Shown: positions 51,753 through 61,657, numbered from the stretch's first letter. The stretch is DNA of 64,000 nt from Gammaproteobacteria bacterium (GCA_021773235.1 JAJFKL010000021.1:132651-196650), one strand, 5' to 3'. Notes: generated by a model not told the origin, from the letters alone. Made by a program: numbers and translations.

Positions 51753-52040
51753 ATGCTGACCTTTGAAGACTGTCTAGCCCTTTGTGATCTTTCTGTAGAT
51801 GAAATCGCAGCTATAGCAGAGCACGAACATTTGCCAGAGATGGCAGCGCTAGGATATGGTGAATACCTGATTCACGGTCCTGATGGAGAACAACATATCA
51901 AACGAATGATCGTTGAAGATATTGAACGCGCCAAATCCAGTGGCAATCTAAAACATGCCGATGAGCTGGAGGCAGTACTCAAAACATTTATTCTCCATCA
52001 TCCAAAATTACAGGTTTTGCTAGAAGCACGGACTCAATAG
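51753..52040 (+). CDS. hypothetical protein (95 aa)
   Basis: ORF with AGGAG RBS; no recognised domain. Confidence 0.5.
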   Translation: MLTFEDCLALCDLSVDEIAAIAEHEHLPEMAALGYGEYLIHGPDGEQHIKRMIVEDIERAKSSGNLKHADELEAVLKTFILHHPKLQVLLEARTQ

Positions 52041-52074
52041 TATTAATCTAGCAGTATTTAATAGAGAATAAATT

Positions 52075-52557
52075 ATGACGACATTATTTCGAGCATTACT
52101 TCTTTTCTTTTTAATCTCCTCTACATCGACCACTTATGGTCTGGATGACAATAGTAGTCCTGATAGAAATGACCCTATAGCTCATGCAGAATCAAGCGAA
52201 CGCTTAACAAAAATTATGCGTCGCTTGTTCTCAGTCGTGCATGAGGAACGAATTCAAGAAAATCTTGAATTAACACAAGATGATATGTCTGACCTATTAG
52301 AAGCAGTCGAAGAACTGATCTTTTATTCTGAATTGATGTCCGCAAAAGTTCCCGATTCAGAATTAGAAGTAAACGACCAGGTTATCTTTAGAGCCTTGGC
52401 AAATCTGCTCTATGATGAATCATTGAATATTCAGCAATTAACAAAAAATTATAATATTGATCATACCGATAGTAGTAAAGATAATATCTTTTATGATGCA
52501 ACTGAACGTTTGAACCAAACCTGCGCTGCCTGCCATCAATTATTTAGAGATAAATAA
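52075..52557 (+). CDS. class II (cytochrome c'-like) c-type cytochrome
   Basis: Signal peptide, helical body, and a single CAACH haem-binding motif a few residues from the C-terminus, as in cytochrome c'/c556. Confidence 0.5.
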   Translation: MTTLFRALLLFFLISSTSTTYGLDDNSSPDRNDPIAHAESSERLTKIMRRLFSVVHEERIQENLELTQDDMSDLLEAVEELIFYSELMSAKVPDSELEVNDQVIFRALANLLYDESLNIQQLTKNYNIDHTDSSKDNIFYDATERLNQTCAACHQLFRDK

Positions 52558-52601
52558 ATACTCTATCCCTATCTAACTACGAGACTGTTACTACAGGCTA
52601 A

Positions 52602-52937
52602 CTAGTCACAAGGATAGTTTAGCGACAGTATTATTCCTGCTGCCATTTCTGCAGATTTAAGCTGTAACGCTGGCTGTGCTTTTAAACCATCAACGACAAT
52701 CTTTGCTAATGACTCTTCTGATTCACTAGCAGTTAAGCAAACGCGCGGGATAACAAGGTCTTTTCCATTATGACAATCACATGGCGTAACGTACCAAGAG
52801 CACATCATGCCGGTTGAACCGTGAAAGCCGTTTGCTAATGAATCCTCACATGCAACAAGCAGGTCATTTGCTGATGGTGCAGCATAAATATCAGTAGATA
52901 TCATGAATAAAAGGCCAATCCATTTAAGATTTTTCAT
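52602..52937 (-). CDS. Rap1a/Tai4-like periplasmic immunity-family protein (second, divergent copy)
   Basis: Signal peptide. ANDLLVACEDS...MCSWYV...VCLTASESEESLAKIVVDGLKAQPALQLKSAEMAAGIILSLNYPC shows the same Cys framework and C-terminal ..PC. Confidence 0.45.
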   Translation of the reverse strand: MKNLKWIGLLFMISTDIYAAPSANDLLVACEDSLANGFHGSTGMMCSWYVTPCDCHNGKDLVIPRVCLTASESEESLAKIVVDGLKAQPALQLKSAEMAAGIILSLNYPCD

Positions 52938-53102
52938 ACATTTCTAACCTGCTCAACTGCATTTAATTAAATCAAATTTGAAAAATTGACCTTAGATCTG
53001 CATAGTAGCGTTTTTTATCAATCTCAATAAGTCCTGATTATTCTGGCACCCTGCATTTTGCGGCCAGTCTGGGTAGGCATTTAAACAATACTGGAGAAAG
53101 AC

Positions 53103-53585
53103 GTGCAGCTCACAAAAGACAAGGTCGCAAATATCAATTACACGCTGAAAGATAAAGACAGCAACATTATGGACGAATCCACAGATGGTACTTTTACCTA
53201 TCTGCATGGAGCAAAAAACCTCATTCCTGCGCTTGAAGATGCCTTAGAAGGGAAAGAAGCCGGTGATAAAGCCAATGTGGTGGTCGCCCCTGAGAATGCT
53301 TACGGTGAGCGTGATGAGCAGAAAATACAGCGTGTTCCCAGAAAAATGTTCCCAGTAGATCAAGAACTAGAAGTAGGTATGCCATTTAGCTCTGCGACAC
53401 CAGATGGAACAGCTGTAAATGTCGTTATTACCGCGATAGAAGAAACCGAAGTCGTCATCGATGGCAACCACCCTTTGGCTGGCGTGGAATTACATTTTGA
53501 TATCGAAATCATTGGTATTAGAGATGCCTCTGAAGAAGAACTCGAACACGGTCATGTTCATGGACCTGGCGGTCATCAGCACTAG
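53103..53585 (+). CDS. slyD: FKBP-type peptidyl-prolyl isomerase SlyD
   Basis: GTG start. YLHGAKNLIPALEDALEGKEAGDKANVVVAPENAYGERDEQKIQRVPRKMF parallels E. coli SlyD. His-rich tail HGHVHGPGGHQH. Confidence 0.9.
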   Translation: MQLTKDKVANINYTLKDKDSNIMDESTDGTFTYLHGAKNLIPALEDALEGKEAGDKANVVVAPENAYGERDEQKIQRVPRKMFPVDQELEVGMPFSSATPDGTAVNVVITAIEETEVVIDGNHPLAGVELHFDIEIIGIRDASEEELEHGHVHGPGGHQH

Positions 53586-53618
53586 ACCCAATCAAACCAG
53601 CAAACGATCGGTAATATT

Positions 53619-53966
53619 ATGACGCTTCAGAATTTTTTGGATAAGTTACGTTCTGATCCCGAATCGATCGAGTTTGCTGAAACAATTGAGACTATTGAAT
53701 CAAGTTACGAATATACGCCAACAAACTTCACTAATGGCACTCAGCATAATAAAGCCGGTGAAAATGAAGGATCTTGTAAAATATTGGCCTTTGCATATAT
53801 TAATAATCTGACAGTAACAGAAACATTAAATTGCTTTGGCCATTATTTTCGTGAAGAAGTAGTTGGTAACCCAGCAGGAGATGATCATCAAAATATACGA
53901 CAATTTATATTAGATGGTTTTGAAGGCGTAAAATTTGATGTACTGCCGCTGCAATTTAAATCCTAA
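53619..53966 (+). CDS. HopJ type III effector family protein
   Basis: FAETIETIESSYEYTPTNFTNG...NKAGENEGSCKILAFAYINNLT...TLNCFGHYFRE...DHQNIRQF pattern. Confidence 0.7.
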   Translation: MTLQNFLDKLRSDPESIEFAETIETIESSYEYTPTNFTNGTQHNKAGENEGSCKILAFAYINNLTVTETLNCFGHYFREEVVGNPAGDDHQNIRQFILDGFEGVKFDVLPLQFKS

Positions 53967-54151
53967 AAAAAGAAAATACACGCAATCGACAAACTAAAAT
54001 AGATAACTATTATTGTCCAATAACTCCCTGGTTCATCCGCTTTATAAACAGTACGTCCAGATGCTTTATCTTTTGCATAGACATCACCCGTAAATAAACA
54101 ATATACAGTGTATAAAAAGATCAACACACCTATACCTTTAAAGGGACTCAT
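53963..54151 (-). CDS. small membrane protein (62 aa)
   Basis: Two hydrophobic helices; ORF only. Confidence 0.35.
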   Translation of the reverse strand: MSPFKGIGVLIFLYTVYCLFTGDVYAKDKASGRTVYKADEPGSYWTIIVIYFSLSIACIFFF

Positions 54152-54180
54152 CTTTACCCCTCCTATTAATTAAGAAAGTA

Positions 54181-55377
54181 TTAAACAACCAAACCAGCAA
54201 CGTATCCAGAAGACCAGGCCCACTGAAAGTTATATCCACCAAGATGTCCTGTGACATCGACTGCTTCACCAATAAAGTATAACCCTGTTTGATTCTTAGT
54301 CTCCATCGTTTGCGAAGATAAGTGGTTTGTATCAACACCACCCATAGTCACCTCTGCTGTTCGATAACCCTCAGTGCCAGAGGGTTTAAGTTCCCATGAA
54401 GATAGTTTCGCTGCTATTTCTTTTAATCTTTTATCCGGAAAATCAGTGATCATTTTATAATGTTCATCCGGCCAGAATAATTCTTGCAACTCAAGAACCA
54501 GCTTTTTTACCAGGTATTGAGATAAGAGATTTCGTATTAATAATTTAGGGCTGTGTTGTTTAGCTTTTAGTAGCAGCAATTCAATATCTTCATGTGGCAA
54601 TAAATTAATCTGAATACTATCTCCCGGATTCCAGTAACTGGATAATTGCAATGCTGCTGGGCCACTAAGTCCTCGGTGTGTAAATAGAATACTCTCTTGA
54701 AACTGTTTATTACCCGTTGATAAGATAACTTCTTGCGACACACCACTTAACCTCTCAGATACATCTTTAAAACTATCACTAAAGGTAAACGGGGCAAGTC
54801 CGGCACATGTTGGGATCGTCGGTATTTTAAATTGATCAGCAACTTTATAAGCAAAATTACTCGCACCCATTTTAGGGATCGATAAACCACCCGACGCAAT
54901 CACCAAACTGTTTGACCTAAACTTACCCAGCTTGGTATTTAGAATATATTGTTTATCTTTATTATGTTCAGGTGCTGTAACCGAAGCCACCTCACAACCC
55001 GTGTGGATTGTTACCCCCGCTTGGTCACATTCATTTTTTAACATTGCCAGAATTTCTTTTGCTGATTCTTTACAAAATAACTGACCATGCTTGCGTTCTT
55101 CATAATCAATACCATGTTTCTCAATCAGAGAAATAAAATCCCATTGCGTATAACGACTCAGAGCTGATTTACAAAAATGTGGATTACCTGAAAGGTAACA
55201 CTCAGGCTCAATATTCAGGTTAGTAAAGTTACAACGCCCACCACCAGACATTAATATCTTCTTGCCTATCTTATTGCTGCTTTCCAGTACCAGCACACTA
55301 CGACCACGTTGACTCGCAGTAATAGCGCAAAACAGACCTGATGCGCCCCCACCAATAATAATGACGTCAAACAACAT
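54181..55377 (-). CDS. NAD(P)/FAD-dependent oxidoreductase, HI0933/YhiN (BaiN-like) family
   Basis: FDVIIIGGGASGLFCA dinucleotide fold, GGGRCNFTN, and C-terminal GGYNFQWAWSSG. Confidence 0.85.
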   Translation of the reverse strand: MLFDVIIIGGGASGLFCAITASQRGRSVLVLESSNKIGKKILMSGGGRCNFTNLNIEPECYLSGNPHFCKSALSRYTQWDFISLIEKHGIDYEERKHGQLFCKESAKEILAMLKNECDQAGVTIHTGCEVASVTAPEHNKDKQYILNTKLGKFRSNSLVIASGGLSIPKMGASNFAYKVADQFKIPTIPTCAGLAPFTFSDSFKDVSERLSGVSQEVILSTGNKQFQESILFTHRGLSGPAALQLSSYWNPGDSIQINLLPHEDIELLLLKAKQHSPKLLIRNLLSQYLVKKLVLELQELFWPDEHYKMITDFPDKRLKEIAAKLSSWELKPSGTEGYRTAEVTMGGVDTNHLSSQTMETKNQTGLYFIGEAVDVTGHLGGYNFQWAWSSGYVAGLVV

Positions 55378-55401
55378 TGATGAAATAGTGTAATTCAGGC
55401 C

Positions 55402-55713
55402 TTATAAAAATGAACAACAATAATCCACAATATCGATAGCACGGATATCAAATGACGAATTACCAGGCACACTAAATGCATCGTCCTGGCCGGCTTTTTG
55501 CCAGTCGTCGTCTTCATCTAAGCGATATTCAACCGCACCCGAGATTATCTTCATATGTTCAGGCGCGTCGGTATTAAAATGATATTCCCCGGGTAATAAC
55601 AAACCGAGAGTCTTTTTTGAACCATCCGGAAAAAGAATAGTGCGGCTACTTACCTTGCCATCAAAATAGACGTTTGCCTCAATCACAACGGATACTTGAT
55701 CAAATGTACTCAC
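55402..55713 (-). CDS. ppnP: pyrimidine/purine nucleoside phosphorylase PpnP (DUF1255)
   Basis: ANVYFDGKVSSRTILFPDGSKKTLGLLLPGEYHFNTDAPEHMKIISG pattern. Confidence 0.85.
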   Translation of the reverse strand: MSTFDQVSVVIEANVYFDGKVSSRTILFPDGSKKTLGLLLPGEYHFNTDAPEHMKIISGAVEYRLDEDDDWQKAGQDDAFSVPGNSSFDIRAIDIVDYCCSFL

Positions 55714-55784
55714 TTTAAATACTCCAAAATAAAATCAATGGAACTGTATAATACCGCACACATAGAATTCATTGATATCATTTA

Positions 55785-56693
55785 ATGCCTGATATAGAAC
55801 AAATAGAATCCGAACTTGGGATCAATACCAAGGCAGCGATAATTGAGCCAATTCAACACCCTGTTCTCGCCGAGAATAATGTTGACCTTAAAATCAAGCG
55901 CGATGATTTATTACACCCTATTATCTCAGGAAATAAATGGCGTAAGCTTAAATACACACTTCAAAATGCACTGAGTAAAGGAAATGAACACCTGATTAGT
56001 ATGGGTGGGGTCTATTCAAACCACCTTCACGCCCTCGCCTATATCGGAAACAAACTAAATATTAAAACCACAGGTCTGATACGAGGAGAGCAACCCGTAG
56101 AAGATAATCAAACTTTAGCTGACCTGAAAAAATGGGGTATGAATCTTGAGTTTGTTTCTCGAGGCATGTTTCGTGAACTTAGAAAATACCGTAGTCATGA
56201 TGCTGACCCCGCTAAAAAATATAATGGATTTTGGATCCCGGAAGGAGGCGCAAGTCATGATGCACTGCGCGGTGTTGCTGAAATTCTAAAAGAGATAGAG
56301 TTGGATTTCGATACAATAGCATTGGCTTGTGGCACCGGAACCACGCTCGCAGGAATAGCGAAGGGACTTCCCAGCACGAAAAAAGCACTCGGCTTTTCTG
56401 CACTTAAAGGTGGTGGGTTTTTGGAAAAAGACATTAAAAAATTATTACGCACGAAAGGCATGCCAAATTGGTCAGTTAACTTCGACTACCACTTTGGTGG
56501 CTTTGCAAAAACAAATGAAGAACTGATTGCATTTATTGAGGAGTTTGAATCTCACAACAACATACCACTTGAGCCCTTATATAACGGTAAGATGCTATTT
56601 GGATTACTGGATCTGATAAAAAATGATCGCTTCAAAAAGGGACATAAAATTATTGCCATCCATACTGGAGGCCTTCAAGGCCACCGTAAATAA
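55785..56693 (+). CDS. PLP-dependent ACC deaminase / D-cysteine desulfhydrase family protein
   Basis: KRDDLLHPIISGNKWRKLKY (Lys in GNKxRKL) and IHTGG near the C-terminus. Confidence 0.8.
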   Translation: MPDIEQIESELGINTKAAIIEPIQHPVLAENNVDLKIKRDDLLHPIISGNKWRKLKYTLQNALSKGNEHLISMGGVYSNHLHALAYIGNKLNIKTTGLIRGEQPVEDNQTLADLKKWGMNLEFVSRGMFRELRKYRSHDADPAKKYNGFWIPEGGASHDALRGVAEILKEIELDFDTIALACGTGTTLAGIAKGLPSTKKALGFSALKGGGFLEKDIKKLLRTKGMPNWSVNFDYHFGGFAKTNEELIAFIEEFESHNNIPLEPLYNGKMLFGLLDLIKNDRFKKGHKIIAIHTGGLQGHRK

Positions 56694-56696
56694 ACA

Positions 56697-57314
56697 TTAG
56701 GGATTACTCTTAATCCATTTCTTTACGGGTTCAATCCAATCAGTCAAAGGCATTCTAAATGCGATATGTCCTTCCCCTGTATTAATGGCGAGTTCAGTAA
56801 ATAATTTATTATGTTTACTGCGATCAATTAAAAACTGACAAGACCCAGCAAGTACATCATCAATATCATAGATGGAGTAAACATGGCCATAGACTTCAAT
56901 ACTTGGATCGAATTTAACTACTCCCCCACAGCCGGCTAAAATAATAACGTTGATATCATCATTTTTTAACTTAGACGATGTCAAGATTGATATTACGCCA
57001 CCATCAGAGAAACCTAGCAAAGTTACATTCTCAGGTTTCACTCCATGTGAAATAAGCTCGTTTAGTTGAGCGGTTAAATTAGCACTAAATTTATCCGGGT
57101 CGGCATAAGAACTTCTTTCATAAATAATCAGGTTATAGGCAGGATCTGATATAGCTTGTTTAATAGTCGAGCTTACACCCCCATAACCATGGGAATAAAA
57201 CACATATTTTTCATCTGAATTGATTGTCTCTGGAAATCGATCAAATATTTCATCTGCGAAACTTGAAACAGAGAAAAGAGAAAGTAGATACGCCAATAAA
57301 AGATGCTTTGTCAT
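56697..57314 (-). CDS. secreted alpha/beta-hydrolase-like protein
   Basis: Signal peptide and GFSDGG (GxSxG) elbow. Confidence 0.5.
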   Translation of the reverse strand: MTKHLLLAYLLSLFSVSSFADEIFDRFPETINSDEKYVFYSHGYGGVSSTIKQAISDPAYNLIIYERSSYADPDKFSANLTAQLNELISHGVKPENVTLLGFSDGGVISILTSSKLKNDDINVIILAGCGGVVKFDPSIEVYGHVYSIYDIDDVLAGSCQFLIDRSKHNKLFTELAINTGEGHIAFRMPLTDWIEPVKKWIKSNP

Positions 57315-57341
57315 TTGTTGTCGGCGTATAGTCTCTGTATT

Positions 57342-58148
57342 TTAAGAACTCAATATCTTCAATAAGTCATCACCATGCCTACTAACTGTCTTATCACCTA
57401 CTTTATCAATTTTTAATAACGCTGCCTTATCTTCAGGCAACTGCTTTGCCATTTCTATAAGTGCATGATCGGCAAGGATCCATTTTCTGGGTCTGTTTCT
57501 TTCACGAGCAGTTAATTCACGCCATGCGGCAAGCTTTTTAACGACATCCAATTGCTTGCCTTTCATCCTTTTTGCAGCAAACATTTTCTTCCACATCAAG
57601 TCCGGATCAGGCTTATAGGTCTCGGCTTTAATTAAATTTGCCAATTTTTCATTTAATGATGTTTGATCGTCAATCGCCTTTAATTTTTCAACAAACAATT
57701 CATAGACTTTTCCAAGATAGATAACATCATCTGCAGCGTATCTGAGCATGTCATCAGATAGGGGTCGTCTCTTCCAATCGGCGCGGGCATGACCTTTTTC
57801 GAGTTCTATGCTCAAGGCTTCCTTAACTAAATTTCCATATCCTATTCCTTGTGCATAGCCCAGTAATGGTGCAGCAAGCTGTGTATCAAATATTGGGGTC
57901 GGGGCTGACTCTTTTATATTGAAAAATATCTCAAGGTCTTGATGCGCAGAGTGCAAAACTTTTGTAATCGAAGACTGATACAACAGATCTAACAGAGGTG
58001 TTATATCTTGAATGGCGATAGGGTCTATGACTGCTGTGATATCACCGTTGGACACCTGTACCAGACATAGTTCTGGATAATATGTGCTTACTCGTTCAAA
58101 TTCAGTATCGATAGCAATCCAAGTAGCGTCATGTAATTTTTCACACAA
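57342..58148 (-). CDS. rnd: ribonuclease D (short form; true start probably upstream of the TTG)
   Basis: DEDD exonuclease motifs (IAIDTEF, HSAHQDLE, YAADDVIYL) and one HRDC-like region. RNase D-like sequence continues upstream of the TTG start (see findings). Confidence 0.85.
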   Translation of the reverse strand: MCEKLHDATWIAIDTEFERVSTYYPELCLVQVSNGDITAVIDPIAIQDITPLLDLLYQSSITKVLHSAHQDLEIFFNIKESAPTPIFDTQLAAPLLGYAQGIGYGNLVKEALSIELEKGHARADWKRRPLSDDMLRYAADDVIYLGKVYELFVEKLKAIDDQTSLNEKLANLIKAETYKPDPDLMWKKMFAAKRMKGKQLDVVKKLAAWRELTARERNRPRKWILADHALIEMAKQLPEDKAALLKIDKVGDKTVSRHGDDLLKILSS

Positions 58149-58229
58149 TTGTTTTAAAGCTTCGGCATCTTTGACAAAAGAAAATGTCTCACTTTGTTTT
58201 ATAGTATTGATAAGTTTCTTCCTGTTTTA

Positions 58230-59348
58230 TTATTGCAATGCTTTTATACCGTTTACTAGATTCCAGCTAAGCATATCCAAATCATTAAAAAAGTTTTTAT
58301 CCATGCTTCTCTTGTTGATTAAAACCGCCCAATTATATCCATGTTCGGTTCGTACCAGGATTGATGCAGTACCTGGCAAAGAACCCATATGCCACCAGTT
58401 ATTATGCTCATTTACATTCCATCCAAGCGCATAATTTGAATTATGTTTAGAAGCCGTTGTCATTAATCTAATACTATCGCTATTAAGAATATCTTTTCCG
58501 CGCCCATCAACACTCATGGAAAACTTAAGCAGATCAATTGCATTTGATATCCAACCGCCATGCGAATCCATTCTTACCACCGGAAACCAATAGGGGTTCT
58601 CATCACCATCAGGGTAATAATGAACCTGAAATATTGTGTTTGCCGGTTTTTTACTGCCGATGGCAAAGCTCTTAGCATTTATCGGCTGAAAAATATTCTT
58701 ACGTACGTAATGCTGATAACCTACTCCACTTAGCTTTTCTATCACTCGCCCTAACAAACAATAAGTAAAGTTCGAATAAGCGTATTCACTACCTGGCGGT
58801 TTTGTTATTGGTCTATTTTTAAGCACCCCCCGAATCAAAGCAGTTTGAGATAACTCAGGCTTTTGAAACATAGGCGCATTACTATCATTCGTCCATTCCT
58901 TTCCCGCTGTATGCTCTAATAGATGCCTAACTGTGATTTTCTTTAATAGCTCATTCTTAACTGGATATTCATTAGCAAGGATTCCACCAGCACCAAAAAC
59001 CTTATCGTCCAGTGTCAATTTACCTTGTTCGCGCAATTGCATAATGGCTACAGACGTTATCGGTTTACTGACACTGGCAATGCGAAATTGATGAGTGATA
59101 TTAACGGGGACCTTATTTTCAATATCCGCGTAACCATAGCCTTTGGCCAAAATAATCTCATCTTGCTTTGCGATAGCGATTGATAGACCCGGTATTTTGT
59201 ACTTCTGCATGAACTCTTGAATAGTATTATCAATAAAATGACGGTCAGAGCCATCTTTAAAGATATTGATAGAAAAACTATTTCCCTCAGCAAACACAAG
59301 CGAATAAGGTAATAAAGCAAGAATGAACAGGCAACGTTTCAATAACAT
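58230..59348 (-). CDS. serine hydrolase, beta-lactamase (class C/esterase) family
   Basis: Signal peptide, FRIASVSKPIT (SxxK), and YSN motif (YAYSNFTY). Confidence 0.8.
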   Translation of the reverse strand: MLLKRCLFILALLPYSLVFAEGNSFSINIFKDGSDRHFIDNTIQEFMQKYKIPGLSIAIAKQDEIILAKGYGYADIENKVPVNITHQFRIASVSKPITSVAIMQLREQGKLTLDDKVFGAGGILANEYPVKNELLKKITVRHLLEHTAGKEWTNDSNAPMFQKPELSQTALIRGVLKNRPITKPPGSEYAYSNFTYCLLGRVIEKLSGVGYQHYVRKNIFQPINAKSFAIGSKKPANTIFQVHYYPDGDENPYWFPVVRMDSHGGWISNAIDLLKFSMSVDGRGKDILNSDSIRLMTTASKHNSNYALGWNVNEHNNWWHMGSLPGTASILVRTEHGYNWAVLINKRSMDKNFFNDLDMLSWNLVNGIKALQ

Positions 59349-59377
59349 TGGTTTAGCGCAGGGGTCAGAAGAAAAAC

Positions 59378-59986
59378 TTAAATCGCTCCAGATTCTTTTA
59401 ATACTGAGTTGATGGTCTCAGCCATCACTCGATAACCCGCCTTATTAGGGTGCACCGTGTCTGATTTCAAAGAATTATCTCCAAGAACATCAGGAATCAG
59501 ATCTTCAATAAAGATGATTCCGGTCGATGTAGCTATTTTCTCATAGACTTCAAAAGAGGATAGAAACAACCCTGGCTTAGGTACACCAAGCATAACCACA
59601 GGTATATTTTTATCTTTGGCTAGCTGAATCATATTACGAATATTTGATTCCATTTTATTGATATCTTTTTTACGTAATAGATCATTCCCGCCATGGCACA
59701 AGATTAGCAATTGCGGATTATGCTTTTCCAATAGCCCGGGGAGTCTGTTTAATCCGGGTTCCGACTCCTCGCCAGAAACACCGGCATTAATCACCTTTCG
59801 ACCCGTTAACTCCTGCAATACGGCAGGATAACTCTCATTATCTTTTGCCCCATTTCCATGAGTGAGGCTATCGCCAAAGGCAAGAATGACTGCGTCAGTG
59901 GGTAACTGAGATAGGCTAGGTGCTTCATCACCACAAGCGCTAAGCAAGACAAGAAATACTGCACTTAATAACAGATTGACTTTCAT
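59378..59986 (-). CDS. tesA: SGNH/GDSL arylesterase-thioesterase (TesA-like) lipoprotein
   Basis: Lipobox LLSAC; ILAFGDSLTHGNG, GVSGEES, CHGGNDL, and DTVHPN blocks I-V. Confidence 0.75.
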   Translation of the reverse strand: MKVNLLLSAVFLVLLSACGDEAPSLSQLPTDAVILAFGDSLTHGNGAKDNESYPAVLQELTGRKVINAGVSGEESEPGLNRLPGLLEKHNPQLLILCHGGNDLLRKKDINKMESNIRNMIQLAKDKNIPVVMLGVPKPGLFLSSFEVYEKIATSTGIIFIEDLIPDVLGDNSLKSDTVHPNKAGYRVMAETINSVLKESGAI

Positions 59987-60030
59987 GTGAGCTATTTTAA
60001 TGAATCAAACTGAGGCTTTGATTAACAGTA

Positions 60031-60270
60031 TCACTCGTCACTTTCTGCGTCTGATAATTCAGCATCATAAGCTTCCAATTTTTCTCTGTAAGCGGTTATT
60101 TCTTTTTCAAAATAAGTCAGCTGTGCTTTTAATGATTCATTTTCATTTGTGAGCAGGGCAATCGTTTCTTGTGCTTCTTCAAGAGAGGTCACTTCTGCCT
60201 TTGCTGCTGAAAAAGAAAAAACCAGCATGAAGCTAATGATTAAGACAGATAATTTATTATTTATATTCAT
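60031..60270 (-). CDS. small secreted coiled-coil protein (79 aa)
   Basis: Signal peptide plus heptad-like LKAQLTYFEKEITAYREKLEAY. Confidence 0.4.
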   Translation of the reverse strand: MNINNKLSVLIISFMLVFSFSAAKAEVTSLEEAQETIALLTNENESLKAQLTYFEKEITAYREKLEAYDAELSDAESDE

Positions 60271-60389
60271 TGTTATTGTCCCTCGACTACGATTATTTTA
60301 TTTAGGTATCAATACAGTATGCACTGTCGATTTCATCAAAAGCACATATTGCATATTTTACCCATTCAGTTCAAATATTAAAATTATAT

Positions 60390-60716
60390 TTATTTCTTCG
60401 GTTTTTTAATACTAATTGAGAAATTACTCATAGCGCCACCCTGCTTATCTTTCTTTATATATTCCAGGCCAGGCGATCCAATCTCGCTATCTAAGGCGCG
60501 CATGTATTTTGAAATAATCTTATTATCTTTCGCGGTGCCGATAATCACTGCCTTCTTGTCATTGTCTTTGATTTCGGTAACCGTGACACCTTCTATCGAA
60601 ACAGATCTTATTTTACCTACAAATTCGCTTTCTGCTTGAGCATTGAGAACAAAGGTGCTCATACATAATAAGATCATACTGCCAACGAGATTACGATAGT
60701 AATTAAATGTCATCAT
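60390..60716 (-). CDS. small secreted protein (108 aa), PilN/PilO-like C-terminal pattern
   Basis: Signal peptide. GTAKDNKIISKYMRALDSE...LEYIKK...FSISIK loosely resembles fimbrial-assembly domain ends (weak). Confidence 0.4.
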   Translation of the reverse strand: MMTFNYYRNLVGSMILLCMSTFVLNAQAESEFVGKIRSVSIEGVTVTEIKDNDKKAVIIGTAKDNKIISKYMRALDSEIGSPGLEYIKKDKQGGAMSNFSISIKKPKK

Positions 60717-61143
60717 TACAGTTCTCCTGAAATTCGAAGCCGTCTAATGTTGCTTGCTTGATTTTATCGACCACATTTTTTAATTCACTGTCTGTATAAA
60801 CCTTGCATGGAACACATCCCCATATCGGTGCTGGCCATGCTGCATCAGTATGATAACGAATCACATGATGAATATGGCATTGCGGGACAATATTGCCTAA
60901 GGCTGCAATATTCATTTTATCACCATGAAACGACGTCATTAGAAAATCAGCGAGCAATGAAGACTCTCGTAATAACTGCTGTTGATCTGCTTCTGATAAT
61001 TGATATATTTCGCTGACAGCATCCCGATCTGGAACAAGAATAAACCAGGGATAATTAGCATCACGCATCAATAGTAAATGGCATAAGGGAAACCGCCCTA
61101 GTATCAGACAATCTTTTAATAATTGTGGATGCAGTTCAGCCAT
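60703..61143 (-). CDS. HIT-family protein
   Basis: Histidine triad QCHIHHVI. I prefer the ATG at 61143 (MAELHPQ...), which overlaps the sprT stop as ATGGCTGA. Confidence 0.75.
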   Translation of the reverse strand: MAELHPQLLKDCLILGRFPLCHLLLMRDANYPWFILVPDRDAVSEIYQLSEADQQQLLRESSLLADFLMTSFHGDKMNIAALGNIVPQCHIHHVIRYHTDAAWPAPIWGCVPCKVYTDSELKNVVDKIKQATLDGFEFQENCNDDI

Positions 61144-61657
61144 GTTTAGCAACCAGAATCTGCTTACATCGTCGACAGTTATAACGCACACCTTTAAGTG
61201 CCCGATTGTGCCTGATTTTGGTTAATTCATAAGTACGGCAGGAGCAGGAATAAGAATATCGCGCGTATTGCTTTGTCGGTATACCATCCAAATCGAAGCT
61301 ACAGGTCACGCTAGGGTCAGCATTAAACATAGCCATGACATTTCGCCATTCCTGCCCATGTGGCAGCGTATTTCTTAGACCATATAAAGCGTCGACAACA
61401 TAATGCGCCACTTCATGCGGCACTGTTGTCGTCAGATTTTCAGTAAAATACTTGGCAAATATATAAGGATTATAGCGAATCACTCGCTGGGTTTGCTTTA
61501 CTTTATACATACCAGCTGCCCTGCCCTTCAAATCGAACATCACCGGGATGGGTTCGAATGAATAGTCTAATGCGGTACTGGCTTGATAAATACAGGCCTC
61601 AGTCGCAGCGATAATCTGTTCTTGCTGCTCTGCCTGAATTGGAACGATATCTAACAT
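61136..61657 (-). CDS. sprT: SprT-family zinc metalloprotease
   Basis: VPHEVAHYV (HEXXH) and a C-terminal zinc ribbon CSC...YNCRRCKQILVAK paralleling E. coli SprT. I prefer the Met at 61657 over the track start at 61744. Confidence 0.85.
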   Translation of the reverse strand: MLDIVPIQAEQQEQIIAATEACIYQASTALDYSFEPIPVMFDLKGRAAGMYKVKQTQRVIRYNPYIFAKYFTENLTTTVPHEVAHYVVDALYGLRNTLPHGQEWRNVMAMFNADPSVTCSFDLDGIPTKQYARYSYSCSCRTYELTKIRHNRALKGVRYNCRRCKQILVAKHG

